Shown here in pieces: positions 38,931 through 48,211 of a stretch of 62,077 nt of DNA. Positions within the stretch are counted from its first letter, which is position 1, and every line of letters begins with the position of its first letter. The DNA comes from an uncultured Opitutia bacterium (lineage in GTDB: Bacteria > Verrucomicrobiota > Verrucomicrobiia > Opitutales > Opitutaceae). A program made the position numbers and the translations under genes. The DNA lies in assembly GCA_903940425.1 (NCBI GenBank), contig CAJAKX010000052.1:1-62077 (forward strand). Direction: 5' to 3'. Below the pieces are notes generated by a model. The model worked only from the letters and a program-made list of their open reading frames with translations. It was not told the DNA's origin and did not search any database.

Positions 38931-39515
38931 ATGAGAACCGCCCTCGCCCTCATTCTTCTGGCCACGGGTTATCGCATCGTCGCGGCTTGGAATCCGGACC
39001 TGGTTAATTTTTCGCCGCTCATGGCCCTGGCCTTTTGTGGCGCCGTCTACTTCCGCAACCGCTGGATGTGGCTCATCCCCTTCATCGCGTTGAGCGCGTC
39101 CGACATTTACCTCGACCACTACCACGCCACGCAGTTCGGCTACACGTGGGACCTGGGTGGCGTGCTCGTGCGCACGGTGTGCTTTGTGGCGGCGCTGATG
39201 CTCGGTTGGATGGTCTCCCAGCGCAAAAACTGGCTGAATCTCCTCGCCGGCTGCCTGGGCGGTTCGCTGCTTTTCTACTTCGCCACCAACACGGCTTCGT
39301 TTCTGGGCGACGCCTTTTATGCCAAAACGCTCGCCGGCTGGTGGCAGGCGATGACGATCGGCCACCCCGAATTCCCCCCGACGCTGTTCTTCCTCCGCAA
39401 CACGCTGGTGGGTGACCTGTTTTTCACCGGCGCCTATGTGTTCGCGATGGAATGGGCCGCGCTCCGCGCCGGCCAGCCGAATCTGCTGAGGAACGAAGTC
39501 GCGCGGGCGGTCTGA
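38931..39515 (+). CDS. Integral membrane protein (about 5-6 TM), possibly DUF6580-like
   Basis: 194 aa, strongly hydrophobic (LALILLATGYRIVAAWNPDLVNFSPLMALAFCGAVYF...). The family assignment is from memory only. Confidence 0.6.
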   Translation: MRTALALILLATGYRIVAAWNPDLVNFSPLMALAFCGAVYFRNRWMWLIPFIALSASDIYLDHYHATQFGYTWDLGGVLVRTVCFVAALMLGWMVSQRKNWLNLLAGCLGGSLLFYFATNTASFLGDAFYAKTLAGWWQAMTIGHPEFPPTLFFLRNTLVGDLFFTGAYVFAMEWAALRAGQPNLLRNEVARAV

Positions 39516-39649
39516 TCCAGGTCCATGGGTCGCCTCAAGCTGGGCACCTCGCCCGGCTTGCTCGTTTCCGGACCTCCAGCTACACCCGCGCCCTACGCGC
39601 AAGCTCCTGTCCCCGTCTCGATCACCGCCCCAGGCCGCACCTCCTTCCC

Positions 39650-42100
39650 ATGTCCACCTACGGCTACTTCGACGACAAGAACCGCGAGTTCGTGATCACC
39701 CGCCCGGACACTCCGCTGCCCTGGCTGAACATGCTCGGCCAGGACGAGTTCTACGGCCTTTGCACGCAGACGGCCGGCGGCTACTCGTTCTGGAAGGATG
39801 CGCGCCTGCGCCGCCTTACGCGCTATCGCTATAACAACAACCCGCTGGATAACGACGGCCGCTTCCTTTACGTGAAGCAAGGCAGGACCGTCTGGAATCC
39901 CGGCTGGAAGCCCACCCGCACGCCGCTCGATGCCTTCGAGTGCCGGCATGGCCTCGGCTACACCCGCATCACCGGCCGCAAGGGCGGCATCGAGGTGGAG
40001 CAGTTGATGTTCGTGCCGCCGAATGAGAACCTCGAGGTCTGGAGGGTCTCGGTGCGCAACCGGACCAGAAAGCCCCGGCAACTCACCCTGTTCTCGTTCG
40101 TCGAGTTCTGTTTCTTCGAGGCGCTGAACGACATGACGAACTACCAGCGCACCTACTCCATCGGCGAGGTGGAGATTGAGGGTTCGGCCATCTACCACAA
40201 GACCGAGTACCGCGAGCGCCGGAACCATTACACGCTTTTCGGCTGCACGCGTCCGGTCGACGGCTATGACACCTCGCGCGACCAGTTTGTCGGCGTGCAC
40301 CACGGACTGCACGACCCGCAGGCCGTCCTCGAGGGCGCATGCCGCAACAGTCGCGCCTACGGCTGGAATCCGGTCGGGGCCCATCAGATCAATCTCCGTC
40401 TCAAACCCGGGGCCGAGGAGACTTTCGCGTTCATCCTGGCTTACGTCGAGCAAGGTGATCGGCCGAAATTCACCGCCCCTTTCGTGATCAACAAAGCGAA
40501 GGGTCGCGAGATTCTCGCCAGGTTCTCCGACCTTAGCGCCATCGATCAGGCCTTCGCCGCCGTAAAGAGCCGCTGGAATGAACTCCTCTCGGTTTATCAG
40601 GCGCCCAAGGTTCCCAATGAGCACCTGCGCCGCATGGTCAACACCTGGAACCAGTGCCAGGTGATGGCCACCTTCAACCTCTCGCGCTCCACCTCGGGTT
40701 ACGAGACGGGCATCGGCCGCGGCATGGGCTTCCGCGATTCAAACCAGGACCTCCTCGGTTTTGTCCACCTCCTGCCGGATCGCGCCCGCCAGCGCCTCCT
40801 CGACATCGCCGCCACGCAGCTTGCTGACGGCACCTGCTACCACCAGTACCAGCCGCTCACCAAGAAGGGCAATGCCGACGCCGGCAGCGGTTTCAACGAC
40901 GACCCGCTCTGGCTCGTCCTCTCCACCTGCGCCTACCTCCGCGAGACCGGCGACGCCACCATCCTCGACGAGCAGATCGGCTATGCAGACAAACCCGGCT
41001 CGAAGAACACGCTCCTCGATCACCTCGAGACGTCCCTTGGCTATACGCTGAGAAACCGCGGCCCGCACGGCCTGCCGCTCATCGGCCGCGCCGACTGGAA
41101 CGACTGCCTCAACCTCAACTGTTTCTCCCGGGAGCCCAACGAGCCGTTCCAGACCACGGCCAACGCCGGCAAAGGCGATGTCGCCGAGTCGGTGATGATC
41201 GCCGGGCTCTTCCTCTACGCCGCGCGAGATCTCGCCGCGCTTTACCGCTGGCTCCAGCGCGGCCCCGATGCCACCCGCATCGACGCGGTCTATGCCGGGA
41301 TGCTCAAGGTCATCGAAACGCAGGCGTGGGACGGCGAATGGTATACCCGGGCGTTCGATGCCGAGAGCCGGCCGATCGGCTCCAAGGCGTGCGCGGAGGG
41401 CAAGGTCTACATTGAAAGCCAGGCCTGGTGCGTCCTGGGCGGCGCAGGGTGGGACAACGGCCGCGCCCGCAAGGCGCTCGAGGCGGTGGACAAATACCTC
41501 TACCGCCCCGGCCTCGGCTGCGCCCTGCAATATCCCGCTTATTCGGAATACCACCTCGAACTCGGCGAAGTCTCCAGTTACCCGCCGGGCTACAAGGAAA
41601 ACGCCGGCGTGTTCTCCCACAACAACACCTGGATTCACATCGGCTGGACGCTCTTTGGCGAGGGTGAGAAGGCGCTTGATTACTATCTGAGCATCTGCCC
41701 CTCAGCAAAGAAGGACTACGACGTCTACCGCTCCGAGCCCTATGTCTACGCGCAGATGACCGCCAGTCACCTGTCACCCACGCCGGGCGAGGCCAAGAAC
41801 TCCTGGCTCACCGGCACGGCCGCCTGGTCGTTCGTCGTGGCCAGCCAGTACATCCTCGGCATCCGGCCCGATTACGACGGTCTGCGCATCGATCCCTGCA
41901 TCCCCAAAAAGTGGAAGGGCTTTACTGTGAAACGCAGGTTCCGCGGCGTGGAGTACACCATCGAAGTGAAGAATCCGCTGGGTGTCTCCAAGGGCGTGAA
42001 GTCCCTCGTCGTCGACGGCAAGAAAGTCGCCGGCAACCTGCTCCCTCCGTCCAGCGGCGGCCGTACCGCCGTGAAGGTCGAGGTCACCCTGGGCGCCTGA
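39650..42100 (+). CDS. Cellobiose phosphorylase (GH94)
   Basis: Trimmed to ATG 39650 (MSTYGYFDDKNREFVITRPDTPLPWLN). Long colinear matches to characterised cellobiose phosphorylases: RRLTRYRYNN, TNYQRTYSIGEVE, GIGRGMGFRDSNQDLLGFVH, YHQYQPLTKKGN, GPHGLPLIGRADWNDCLNLNCFS, YPPGYKENAGVF. Confidence 0.92.
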   Translation: MSTYGYFDDKNREFVITRPDTPLPWLNMLGQDEFYGLCTQTAGGYSFWKDARLRRLTRYRYNNNPLDNDGRFLYVKQGRTVWNPGWKPTRTPLDAFECRHGLGYTRITGRKGGIEVEQLMFVPPNENLEVWRVSVRNRTRKPRQLTLFSFVEFCFFEALNDMTNYQRTYSIGEVEIEGSAIYHKTEYRERRNHYTLFGCTRPVDGYDTSRDQFVGVHHGLHDPQAVLEGACRNSRAYGWNPVGAHQINLRLKPGAEETFAFILAYVEQGDRPKFTAPFVINKAKGREILARFSDLSAIDQAFAAVKSRWNELLSVYQAPKVPNEHLRRMVNTWNQCQVMATFNLSRSTSGYETGIGRGMGFRDSNQDLLGFVHLLPDRARQRLLDIAATQLADGTCYHQYQPLTKKGNADAGSGFNDDPLWLVLSTCAYLRETGDATILDEQIGYADKPGSKNTLLDHLETSLGYTLRNRGPHGLPLIGRADWNDCLNLNCFSREPNEPFQTTANAGKGDVAESVMIAGLFLYAARDLAALYRWLQRGPDATRIDAVYAGMLKVIETQAWDGEWYTRAFDAESRPIGSKACAEGKVYIESQAWCVLGGAGWDNGRARKALEAVDKYLYRPGLGCALQYPAYSEYHLELGEVSSYPPGYKENAGVFSHNNTWIHIGWTLFGEGEKALDYYLSICPSAKKDYDVYRSEPYVYAQMTASHLSPTPGEAKNSWLTGTAAWSFVVASQYILGIRPDYDGLRIDPCIPKKWKGFTVKRRFRGVEYTIEVKNPLGVSKGVKSLVVDGKKVAGNLLPPSSGGRTAVKVEVTLGA

Positions 42101-42178
42101 ACCTGTCGAAGGCTCCGGCTTCTCACGAACGAGTCGGCGCCCAGCTTTCCCCGCGGCACGGCCGGCGGCGGTCGCGCT

Positions 42179-44566
42179 TCAGCCGAGGATGGCGACGATC
42201 TTGGAACCGTCCTTCAGCTTTTCCAGTGGCACCAGGTTCCCCTCGATGATCTTGCGGTCGACCGTGAGGCTTGTGACGCCCCTGGAGACACCCAGCGGAT
42301 TCTTTACTTCGATCCTCAAGGTCTTGCCTCGGAAGACCCGGCGCATGGTGAAGCCCGGCCAGCTCTTCGGGATGCAGGGATCGATGCGCAGGCCGTCGAT
42401 CTCAGGGCGCACGCCGAGGATCCATTGGAAGGCGGTGTGGTGGCTCCACGAGACGGTGCCCGACAGCCACGGCACGCGCGACTTTCCGGCATTGCGGTTG
42501 CAGGTCGCGTAGGTGGTCTGGCAGTGTACGTAAGGCTCGCTTTCGCGCAGCTCGGCGCGGTTGTTGTAGGCCGAGGGCATGAACGCGCGGTAGTACTCGT
42601 AGGCCCGGTCGCCGTTTCCGAGGAGGGTCTCGGCGATCACCGCCCAGCTCTGGGTATGGCAGAAAATGCCGGCATTTTCCTTGATGCCGTGGTTGTAGAT
42701 CACGCCGCGCATGACGGTCGGCGGAGTGTTCGTGAACGGCGGCGCGCTGAGCATGATGCCGTAGGGCGTGGCGCTCCGTTCCTTGAGCGCGTCCATCGCG
42801 CTGCGGCCCTGCTCGCGGGTGGCCGCGCCGCTCATGACGGCCCAGACCTGGGTGTTGATGTAGATCTGGCCCTCGGTCTCCTGACTGGAACCGTAGCGGT
42901 GGCCGTCGGCGCCGATGGCCCAGAGGAACCATTCGCCGTCCCAGGCGACTTTCTGGATGTTGGCCTCGAGTTTGGTCAACTCGGCGCGGGCCCACGCGGC
43001 TTCGGCGGGCAGGCCGAGGCGGTCGGCGATTTTTGCGTAGACGTCGAGGCCGTAGCGGACCTGGAAGGCGACCATGATCGACTCGCCTTGGTACCCCATT
43101 TTCACGCAGTCGTTCCAGTCGGCGTGGAGGCCGCAGGGCAGGCCATTCTTGCCGGAGCGCTCGAGGTTGAACTCAAGGGCGCGGCGCAGGTGGCCGAGCA
43201 CGGTGGCCTCGCCCTGGTCGGCGTAAGGCAGCACCTGCTTGTAGAAATCAAGGTCGCCGGTTTCGGCGACATAGTCGGGCACGGCGTTAAAGAACCAGAG
43301 GCAGTCATCGGAACGGAACTCCTCTGGTTTCGGCGACTTCTCCTGGCCGGGACGGTGGCCGAAGGTCTTGATGACGGGAATGGCGCCGCCGGAGGCGACC
43401 TGGCCGGTAAGCATGAGCTCGAGGCGCTCGCGGATTTTGTCCTTCATCAGCGGCATGACGCCGAGGAAGTCCTGCACAGTGTCGCGGAAACCCAGGCCGT
43501 CGCGCTCGCCGTTGTAGATCATGGAAGCGTGGCGTGACCAGGCATAGGTGATGAGCGCGTTGTAGCCGCCCCAGACGTTGGCCATGTGGTCGAAGTCCGG
43601 ATCGGGCGTCTTCACCTTCACGGCCTCAAGCAGGCCGTGCCACTGCTTCTTCAGCTTCTGGAACTCGCCTTCGCAGCGCTCAGGATTGCCGAACTCGGCG
43701 ACGGCCGCCCTGCCGTGCGAGTCCGGGGTGCCGATGCCGAGCAGCACGATGAGTTCACGGGTCTCGCCGGGCGACAACGTGATGTCGGCCTGGAACGTAC
43801 CGCAGCCGTTTTCTCCCTCGGCAAGAAAGTTGGAGCACTTGCCATCCGCCACGGCCCGGGGATTGGCGTAGGTCTGGTAGATGTTGCCGAAAAAGTTTTC
43901 GCGCACGGTCTCGTAGCCGGCGATGGGCGCACCGGTGAGCGTCATCCAGGAGCGGCCGCACTCATCGAGCTTCTTGGGGTCGAACTTGACATAGGGATGC
44001 GACGACATGCCGAGGATGCCGTCGACCATGTCGGCCTTGATGACGAACTGGGAATACTGGAGATTCGACAGGTCGTTGGGCATGTTCCAACAGCTGGCGA
44101 ATTCGCAATAGGTGAAGAGGGAGAGCTGGCGCGCCTTCTTTGATTTGTTGGTCACCTTCAGACGCCAATACTCGAAGACTTGGCCGAGCGGAACAAAGTA
44201 GGTCGCCTCAGTCTCGATGCCGGCATAGCGCGAGGTGATGATGGAATAGGCTGTGCCGTGGCGGCAGATGCTCCGGTATTTTGTGAGCGGCTTGCCGACG
44301 GGCTGCCACGAGGAGCTCCAATAATCGCGACTCTCGTTGTCGCGGAGATAGAAATAGCGGCCGGGCTGGTCCAGCGGGACTGAGTTGGAGCGGACGCGGA
44401 GGAAGCGGCCATTGAGGGCGCTGCGGTAGAAGCCGTAGCCGCCGGCGTTGTTGGTAATGATGGCGCCATACTCGATGGCACCGAGGTAGTTGCTCCACGG
44501 ACGGGGCGTGTCGGGGCGCGTGATTACGTATTCTTTGGCAGCATCGTCGAAGTAGCCGTAATTCAT
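42179..44566 (-). CDS. GH94-family glycoside phosphorylase, second paralogue (cellobionic-acid / chitobiose / laminaribiose phosphorylase-like; specificity unknown)
   Basis: Trimmed to ATG 44566 (MNYGYFDDAAKEYVITRPDTPRPWSNYLG). GLGFRDTVQDFLG, GLPCGLHADWNDCV and GIKENAGIFCHTQSW show the GH94 catalytic-domain pattern, but the protein is clearly divergent from the neighbour. Confidence 0.85.
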   Translation of the reverse strand: MNYGYFDDAAKEYVITRPDTPRPWSNYLGAIEYGAIITNNAGGYGFYRSALNGRFLRVRSNSVPLDQPGRYFYLRDNESRDYWSSSWQPVGKPLTKYRSICRHGTAYSIITSRYAGIETEATYFVPLGQVFEYWRLKVTNKSKKARQLSLFTYCEFASCWNMPNDLSNLQYSQFVIKADMVDGILGMSSHPYVKFDPKKLDECGRSWMTLTGAPIAGYETVRENFFGNIYQTYANPRAVADGKCSNFLAEGENGCGTFQADITLSPGETRELIVLLGIGTPDSHGRAAVAEFGNPERCEGEFQKLKKQWHGLLEAVKVKTPDPDFDHMANVWGGYNALITYAWSRHASMIYNGERDGLGFRDTVQDFLGVMPLMKDKIRERLELMLTGQVASGGAIPVIKTFGHRPGQEKSPKPEEFRSDDCLWFFNAVPDYVAETGDLDFYKQVLPYADQGEATVLGHLRRALEFNLERSGKNGLPCGLHADWNDCVKMGYQGESIMVAFQVRYGLDVYAKIADRLGLPAEAAWARAELTKLEANIQKVAWDGEWFLWAIGADGHRYGSSQETEGQIYINTQVWAVMSGAATREQGRSAMDALKERSATPYGIMLSAPPFTNTPPTVMRGVIYNHGIKENAGIFCHTQSWAVIAETLLGNGDRAYEYYRAFMPSAYNNRAELRESEPYVHCQTTYATCNRNAGKSRVPWLSGTVSWSHHTAFQWILGVRPEIDGLRIDPCIPKSWPGFTMRRVFRGKTLRIEVKNPLGVSRGVTSLTVDRKIIEGNLVPLEKLKDGSKIVAILG

Positions 44567-44755
44567 GGGATGGAAAAAGCAGCGCTGGCTGGGACGGCCG
44601 GAGAACGGCCAAGGCCGGGGAGTTAAGTCAACCAAAAGGCGGGAGCGCGAGGCAAAAGAACGGCGGAGGGAGCAGGCAAAAAACAATTTCCCCCGCGCGA
44701 AGGATGCAAGGGGCAGGCGCCGGCTTCTGGCCGCCGATCCAGCTGCCCGCCTGCC

Positions 44756-46417
44756 CTACAACAAATCCGCGGCGAGCTCGGCCAGCTTGGAGCGCTCGCC
44801 CTTGGTGAGCTTGATATGGGCGGCGATCGGCTGGCCTTTCATGCGGTTATGACAGAAGACAAGACCGTTGCTTCTTGAGTCGACGTAGGGATTGTCGATC
44901 TGCGCCGGATCGCCGATGAGCACGATCTTCGAGCCTTCCGAGATGCGCGTGATGACGGTTTTCACCTCATGGGGGGTGAGCTGCTGTGCCTCATCGAGAA
45001 TAAAGAACCGCCGGGCGATGGAGCGGCCCCGGATGAAGCAGAGCGCCTCGATCTCGACCATGCCATTTTTGATGAGACGCTCGTAGGGTTTGATCGTGGC
45101 ACCATTGGTGTGACCGTTTACCTGGGCATGATTGGAAGCCTGCAACAGGGCCTCCTCTTTTTTCTTCTTTTTCTTGCTGGCTTTCTTGCCGACAAACTGG
45201 GGCTCCTTCGGTGGCTTGGAAGGCATGAGCACCTCGAGCGCATCATAGTAAGGCTGGAGCCACGGCTTCATCTTTTCTTCCAAGGAACCGGGCAGAAAAC
45301 CTATGTCCTTGCCGAGTGCAATGATCGGGCGCGAAATCGCCACGCCGTCGTAGCGCCCATGCTCATCGCACACCTGATGAAGCGCACACACCGTGGAAAG
45401 GAGGGTCTTGCCCGTACCGGCCTTGCCAAAACACGTGATGAGCGAAATGCTCTCGTCGAGCAGCGCGTCCATGAAGAATTGCTGCTCCAGGTTGCGGGCG
45501 CGGATGGGAATTCCAGCTGGCGCTTTCACAAACTCCGGAAGCCGCAGCCGCCGCACAAAACCGGCCCCATAATACCGGGCAGGCATGGTCTTGCCCTCGG
45601 AAGAGACCAGCAACAGATATTCGTTGATGGCGAGTGACTCCGCGATCTCAGTCTCCAGCTCGAATTCGCCTTCTGACGCGAAGCGTTGTAGTTCGTAGAC
45701 GCTAACCGGGATGCGTCGATAAGAGTTTTCGTCCGGATCTTCCGGAACCTTGTCGTTGAGGTAATCCTGCGACTCGAGACCGACCGCGCGTGCCTTGAGC
45801 TGAACGTTGACGTCCTTTGTCACCAGGATAGTCGGGGGGGAAAAAGTTTCCTGAACAAAGAGGGCGCACGCGATGATGCGGTTGTCCTTTTTTGCGAGAT
45901 CAGGCAGGATGGTGCGCAGCCTCTGCATCGCCGGCGAGGCCCGATTATCCTCAACCAAGTAGCGGTTGATGATCACCGAAAGTGTGCCGCCGTTGGGCAG
46001 TTTGACGCCTTCAAGCATCGTCCGGGAGTCGGGCAATAATTCCTGCAAGATCCGATGCACGCGGCGGGCATTGCGACCCCGTTCGGTGGACTGCTCGCCT
46101 TTAATGGTGTCAAGTTCCTCCAGAACCTCGACAGGGATGGCGAGGTTATTGTCCTCGAATTTGAAGATCGACTGTGGGTCGTGCAGCAGGACATTCGTAT
46201 CGAGGACGAAGGTCTTTACTTTCCCGGTGACCTTGAGCTGCGGTTGAAGGATGATGCCCCCGCTCAGGTGTTCCATCGATGTGGATATCTTGTGAAGAAC
46301 TGTGTAAGTTTTTGGCAGATTGTCGATACCGGAGTTCGCTTCATTGCGAATGAACATCACATGATCACTGCTGCCACGCTGCCAAGCCCACCACCTGTCG
46401 CATTTTCCCCATAACAT
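44756..46417 (-). CDS. PhoH2: N-terminal PIN domain fused to PhoH-like P-loop ATPase
   Basis: PIN: KTFVLDTNVLLHDPQSIFKFEDNNLAIPVEVLEELD. PhoH: CFGKAGTGKTLLS, FILDEAQQLTPHEVKTVITR, GDPAQID. Start is uncertain (ATG 46417, 46357 or 46276). Contains a Lys-rich insert KKASKKKKKKEE. Confidence 0.85.
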   Translation of the reverse strand: MLWGKCDRWWAWQRGSSDHVMFIRNEANSGIDNLPKTYTVLHKISTSMEHLSGGIILQPQLKVTGKVKTFVLDTNVLLHDPQSIFKFEDNNLAIPVEVLEELDTIKGEQSTERGRNARRVHRILQELLPDSRTMLEGVKLPNGGTLSVIINRYLVEDNRASPAMQRLRTILPDLAKKDNRIIACALFVQETFSPPTILVTKDVNVQLKARAVGLESQDYLNDKVPEDPDENSYRRIPVSVYELQRFASEGEFELETEIAESLAINEYLLLVSSEGKTMPARYYGAGFVRRLRLPEFVKAPAGIPIRARNLEQQFFMDALLDESISLITCFGKAGTGKTLLSTVCALHQVCDEHGRYDGVAISRPIIALGKDIGFLPGSLEEKMKPWLQPYYDALEVLMPSKPPKEPQFVGKKASKKKKKKEEALLQASNHAQVNGHTNGATIKPYERLIKNGMVEIEALCFIRGRSIARRFFILDEAQQLTPHEVKTVITRISEGSKIVLIGDPAQIDNPYVDSRSNGLVFCHNRMKGQPIAAHIKLTKGERSKLAELAADLL

Positions 46418-46462
46418 AAACCCTTGCAGGATTTACGTCACTGCGAGCGCTGCATTTGGCTG

Positions 46463-46501
46463 AAAAAAGAAGGCGGGCCGCCTACCCCTAAGCGGCCCGC
46501 C
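46463..46501 (-). terminator. Intrinsic terminator (minus strand) between the 103-aa gene and phoH2
   Basis: Perfect 10-bp stem GGCGGGCCGC / GCGGCCCGCC (46472-46481 / 46492-46501). On the minus strand it is followed by TTCTTTTTTC. A second hairpin TCTCCCGC-TAA-GCGGGAGA lies at 46527-46545. Confidence 0.75.
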
Positions 46502-46662
46502 ATTTGCTTTCTTTAGTTACCCCAAATCTCCCGCTAAGCGGGAGAGAGTGTAGCTATAGCGTAAATGTAAGACGCCACATTAAAGCAAAGACTTCAATTA
46601 TCGCTCCAATATAAGCACTAATCGTTATGATTATAAGTTAGCCTGCGCATCATTACGTAATC

Positions 46663-46974
46663 TCATTCTGACCCGATGCGTTTGCTGCGATTTGCCGGTC
46701 GTACTGGCCCCCAGCTCCTCATCAGATGCTCAGCCAGATTACGGAGGCTGATCCGCCGAAGCCCTTCCCGTGCAGATACTTCATGAAATAGCGGAACTAC
46801 CCGGCAACGCTCCTCGTAGTACATCCAGAGCCCGTCGGCCAATGCCGTTGCAGCCGCAAAATCGTTTTCAGTCTTCTGCATCAATTCGTGAACTTTGGCC
46901 TGCCAGAAGTGTCTTTCCTCGGCGTGACGCTGCAAATAATCGAACAACATTTGCTCAACACGGTTAAGGCTCAT
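46663..46974 (-). CDS. Hypothetical small protein (103 aa)
   Basis: ORF 46663..46983 (GTG); ATG 46974 gives MSLNRVEQMLFDYLQRHAEERHFWQAKVHEL. Helical-looking, no family recognised. Followed by the structured 3' region and terminator. Confidence 0.55.
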   Translation of the reverse strand: MSLNRVEQMLFDYLQRHAEERHFWQAKVHELMQKTENDFAAATALADGLWMYYEERCRVVPLFHEVSAREGLRRISLRNLAEHLMRSWGPVRPANRSKRIGSE

Positions 46975-47094
46975 GCTGCGCACGTTGCGGGAATCCGGTC
47001 GTTAAAACAACCCCGGATGCCCGGTCGAAAGCAGCATTGCTTTTACAGATGGCGTTACTACGCTTCATGCAATTTTTAACCCCCAGCTTCCCCC

Positions 47095-47910
47095 ATGTGG
47101 CAAAAATTGAAAGAGCAACTCCCCGCTGTCATTCTCACCGCTCTCGTCGTGGTTGGCGCCGCCTTTTGGCTCCACCTGAAAACGGTGAATGACATGGCGG
47201 CCCGTCAGCAGCAGGAAATAAACACCCTGCGTGAACAGACTAATGCGGAGCTCAAGGCCACGGCCGAGGAGACCCGCCGCCAGATCGACGCCGTCAACAC
47301 CCTGCTCAAAGATGCCATTCAAAAGCGGGCGGCCGATGTCTTCATGACAGAGCAAGAGGTGGCCAAGATGAACGCCGAGCGCGTGAACCAGCTGGCTGCG
47401 GCCATCGCCCAGAAAATCCAGCCTTACAATCCTCTGCCCAAGACTCCCGAAGAAGCCGAGCACCAGCAAAATGAACAGGTCGACAAGGTTTCTTCCCGCC
47501 TGGCCGAGCGTATTCAACCCATCCTCGCGGACATGGCCAAGGATCAGAACCTCACGCGTGAACAAATCGCCGGTTATAGCCAAAAGATCTCCGACCAGAT
47601 CAGCAACGTCTTGACCTCCGAACTCGCCGCCAAGCAGCAACTAAACAACAACTTGATTGCCACGGAAGCCGTCGCCCGCGATTCACTCAAATTGTCACAG
47701 GAGGTCACAGCCCTTTATCTCAGCAGTTTCAAGGACCAGTCGCTGGTCACCCGCCTCCTCACGCTGCCGGCCAACGTTGTACGCGATGCCGCCCACCTGA
47801 GCATCATTGACAGCACCGAACGAAAGCAGACCGAAGAACGCCTTGTAGGCGAAATGAACGCATTGCAGAAGCGCCTGACTGACATCGAGACGCAGCTGCC
47901 GAAAAAGTAA
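47095..47910 (+). CDS. Hypothetical membrane-anchored coiled-coil protein
   Basis: N-terminal TM helix (LPAVILTALVVVGAAFWLHL), then about 240 aa of Q/E/K/A-rich heptad-like sequence. A strong terminator follows. Confidence 0.7.
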   Translation: MWQKLKEQLPAVILTALVVVGAAFWLHLKTVNDMAARQQQEINTLREQTNAELKATAEETRRQIDAVNTLLKDAIQKRAADVFMTEQEVAKMNAERVNQLAAAIAQKIQPYNPLPKTPEEAEHQQNEQVDKVSSRLAERIQPILADMAKDQNLTREQIAGYSQKISDQISNVLTSELAAKQQLNNNLIATEAVARDSLKLSQEVTALYLSSFKDQSLVTRLLTLPANVVRDAAHLSIIDSTERKQTEERLVGEMNALQKRLTDIETQLPKK

Positions 47911-47943
47911 TTCTCCTGCTTCCCTCTCTTTATTGGAATTCAA

Positions 47944-47975
47944 AGCTACGCGCCCAGAGCGCGTAGCTTTTTTTT
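47944..47975 (+). terminator. Intrinsic terminator after the coiled-coil gene
   Basis: Perfect 10-bp stem AGCTACGCGC / GCGCGTAGCT, loop CCAGA, followed by a run of 7-8 T. Confidence 0.9.
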
Positions 47976-48211
47976 CTGCATTCAGCCTGCTTGCTGGATT
48001 TGTTCCGTGCCCGGCAACGAGCCTGCTCGCTCTCCTCATATATCCGCACCTGGACGCTTCCGGAAACTGCACTTGGAAAAGTGCTCGTCACGTGTGCTGT
48101 CCTGCCGGATGGCTGGTTTGCCGAATGCCCAGAACGGCGGAAGGAGGCAACGGGGCGGGCGGATGGTAGCCCGGAAATTACGCGTTTATTTTATCGCCCT
48201 TCCCCCACTGC

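Noticed and set aside
45155-45175. A/T homopolymer-rich tract (poly-Lys codons) in phoH2, and the GACAAG hexamer repeat at 12933-12960, as slipped-strand phase-variation switches.
   Set aside because: The repeats are short, interrupted and in frame. No evidence for length variation is available from a single sequence.
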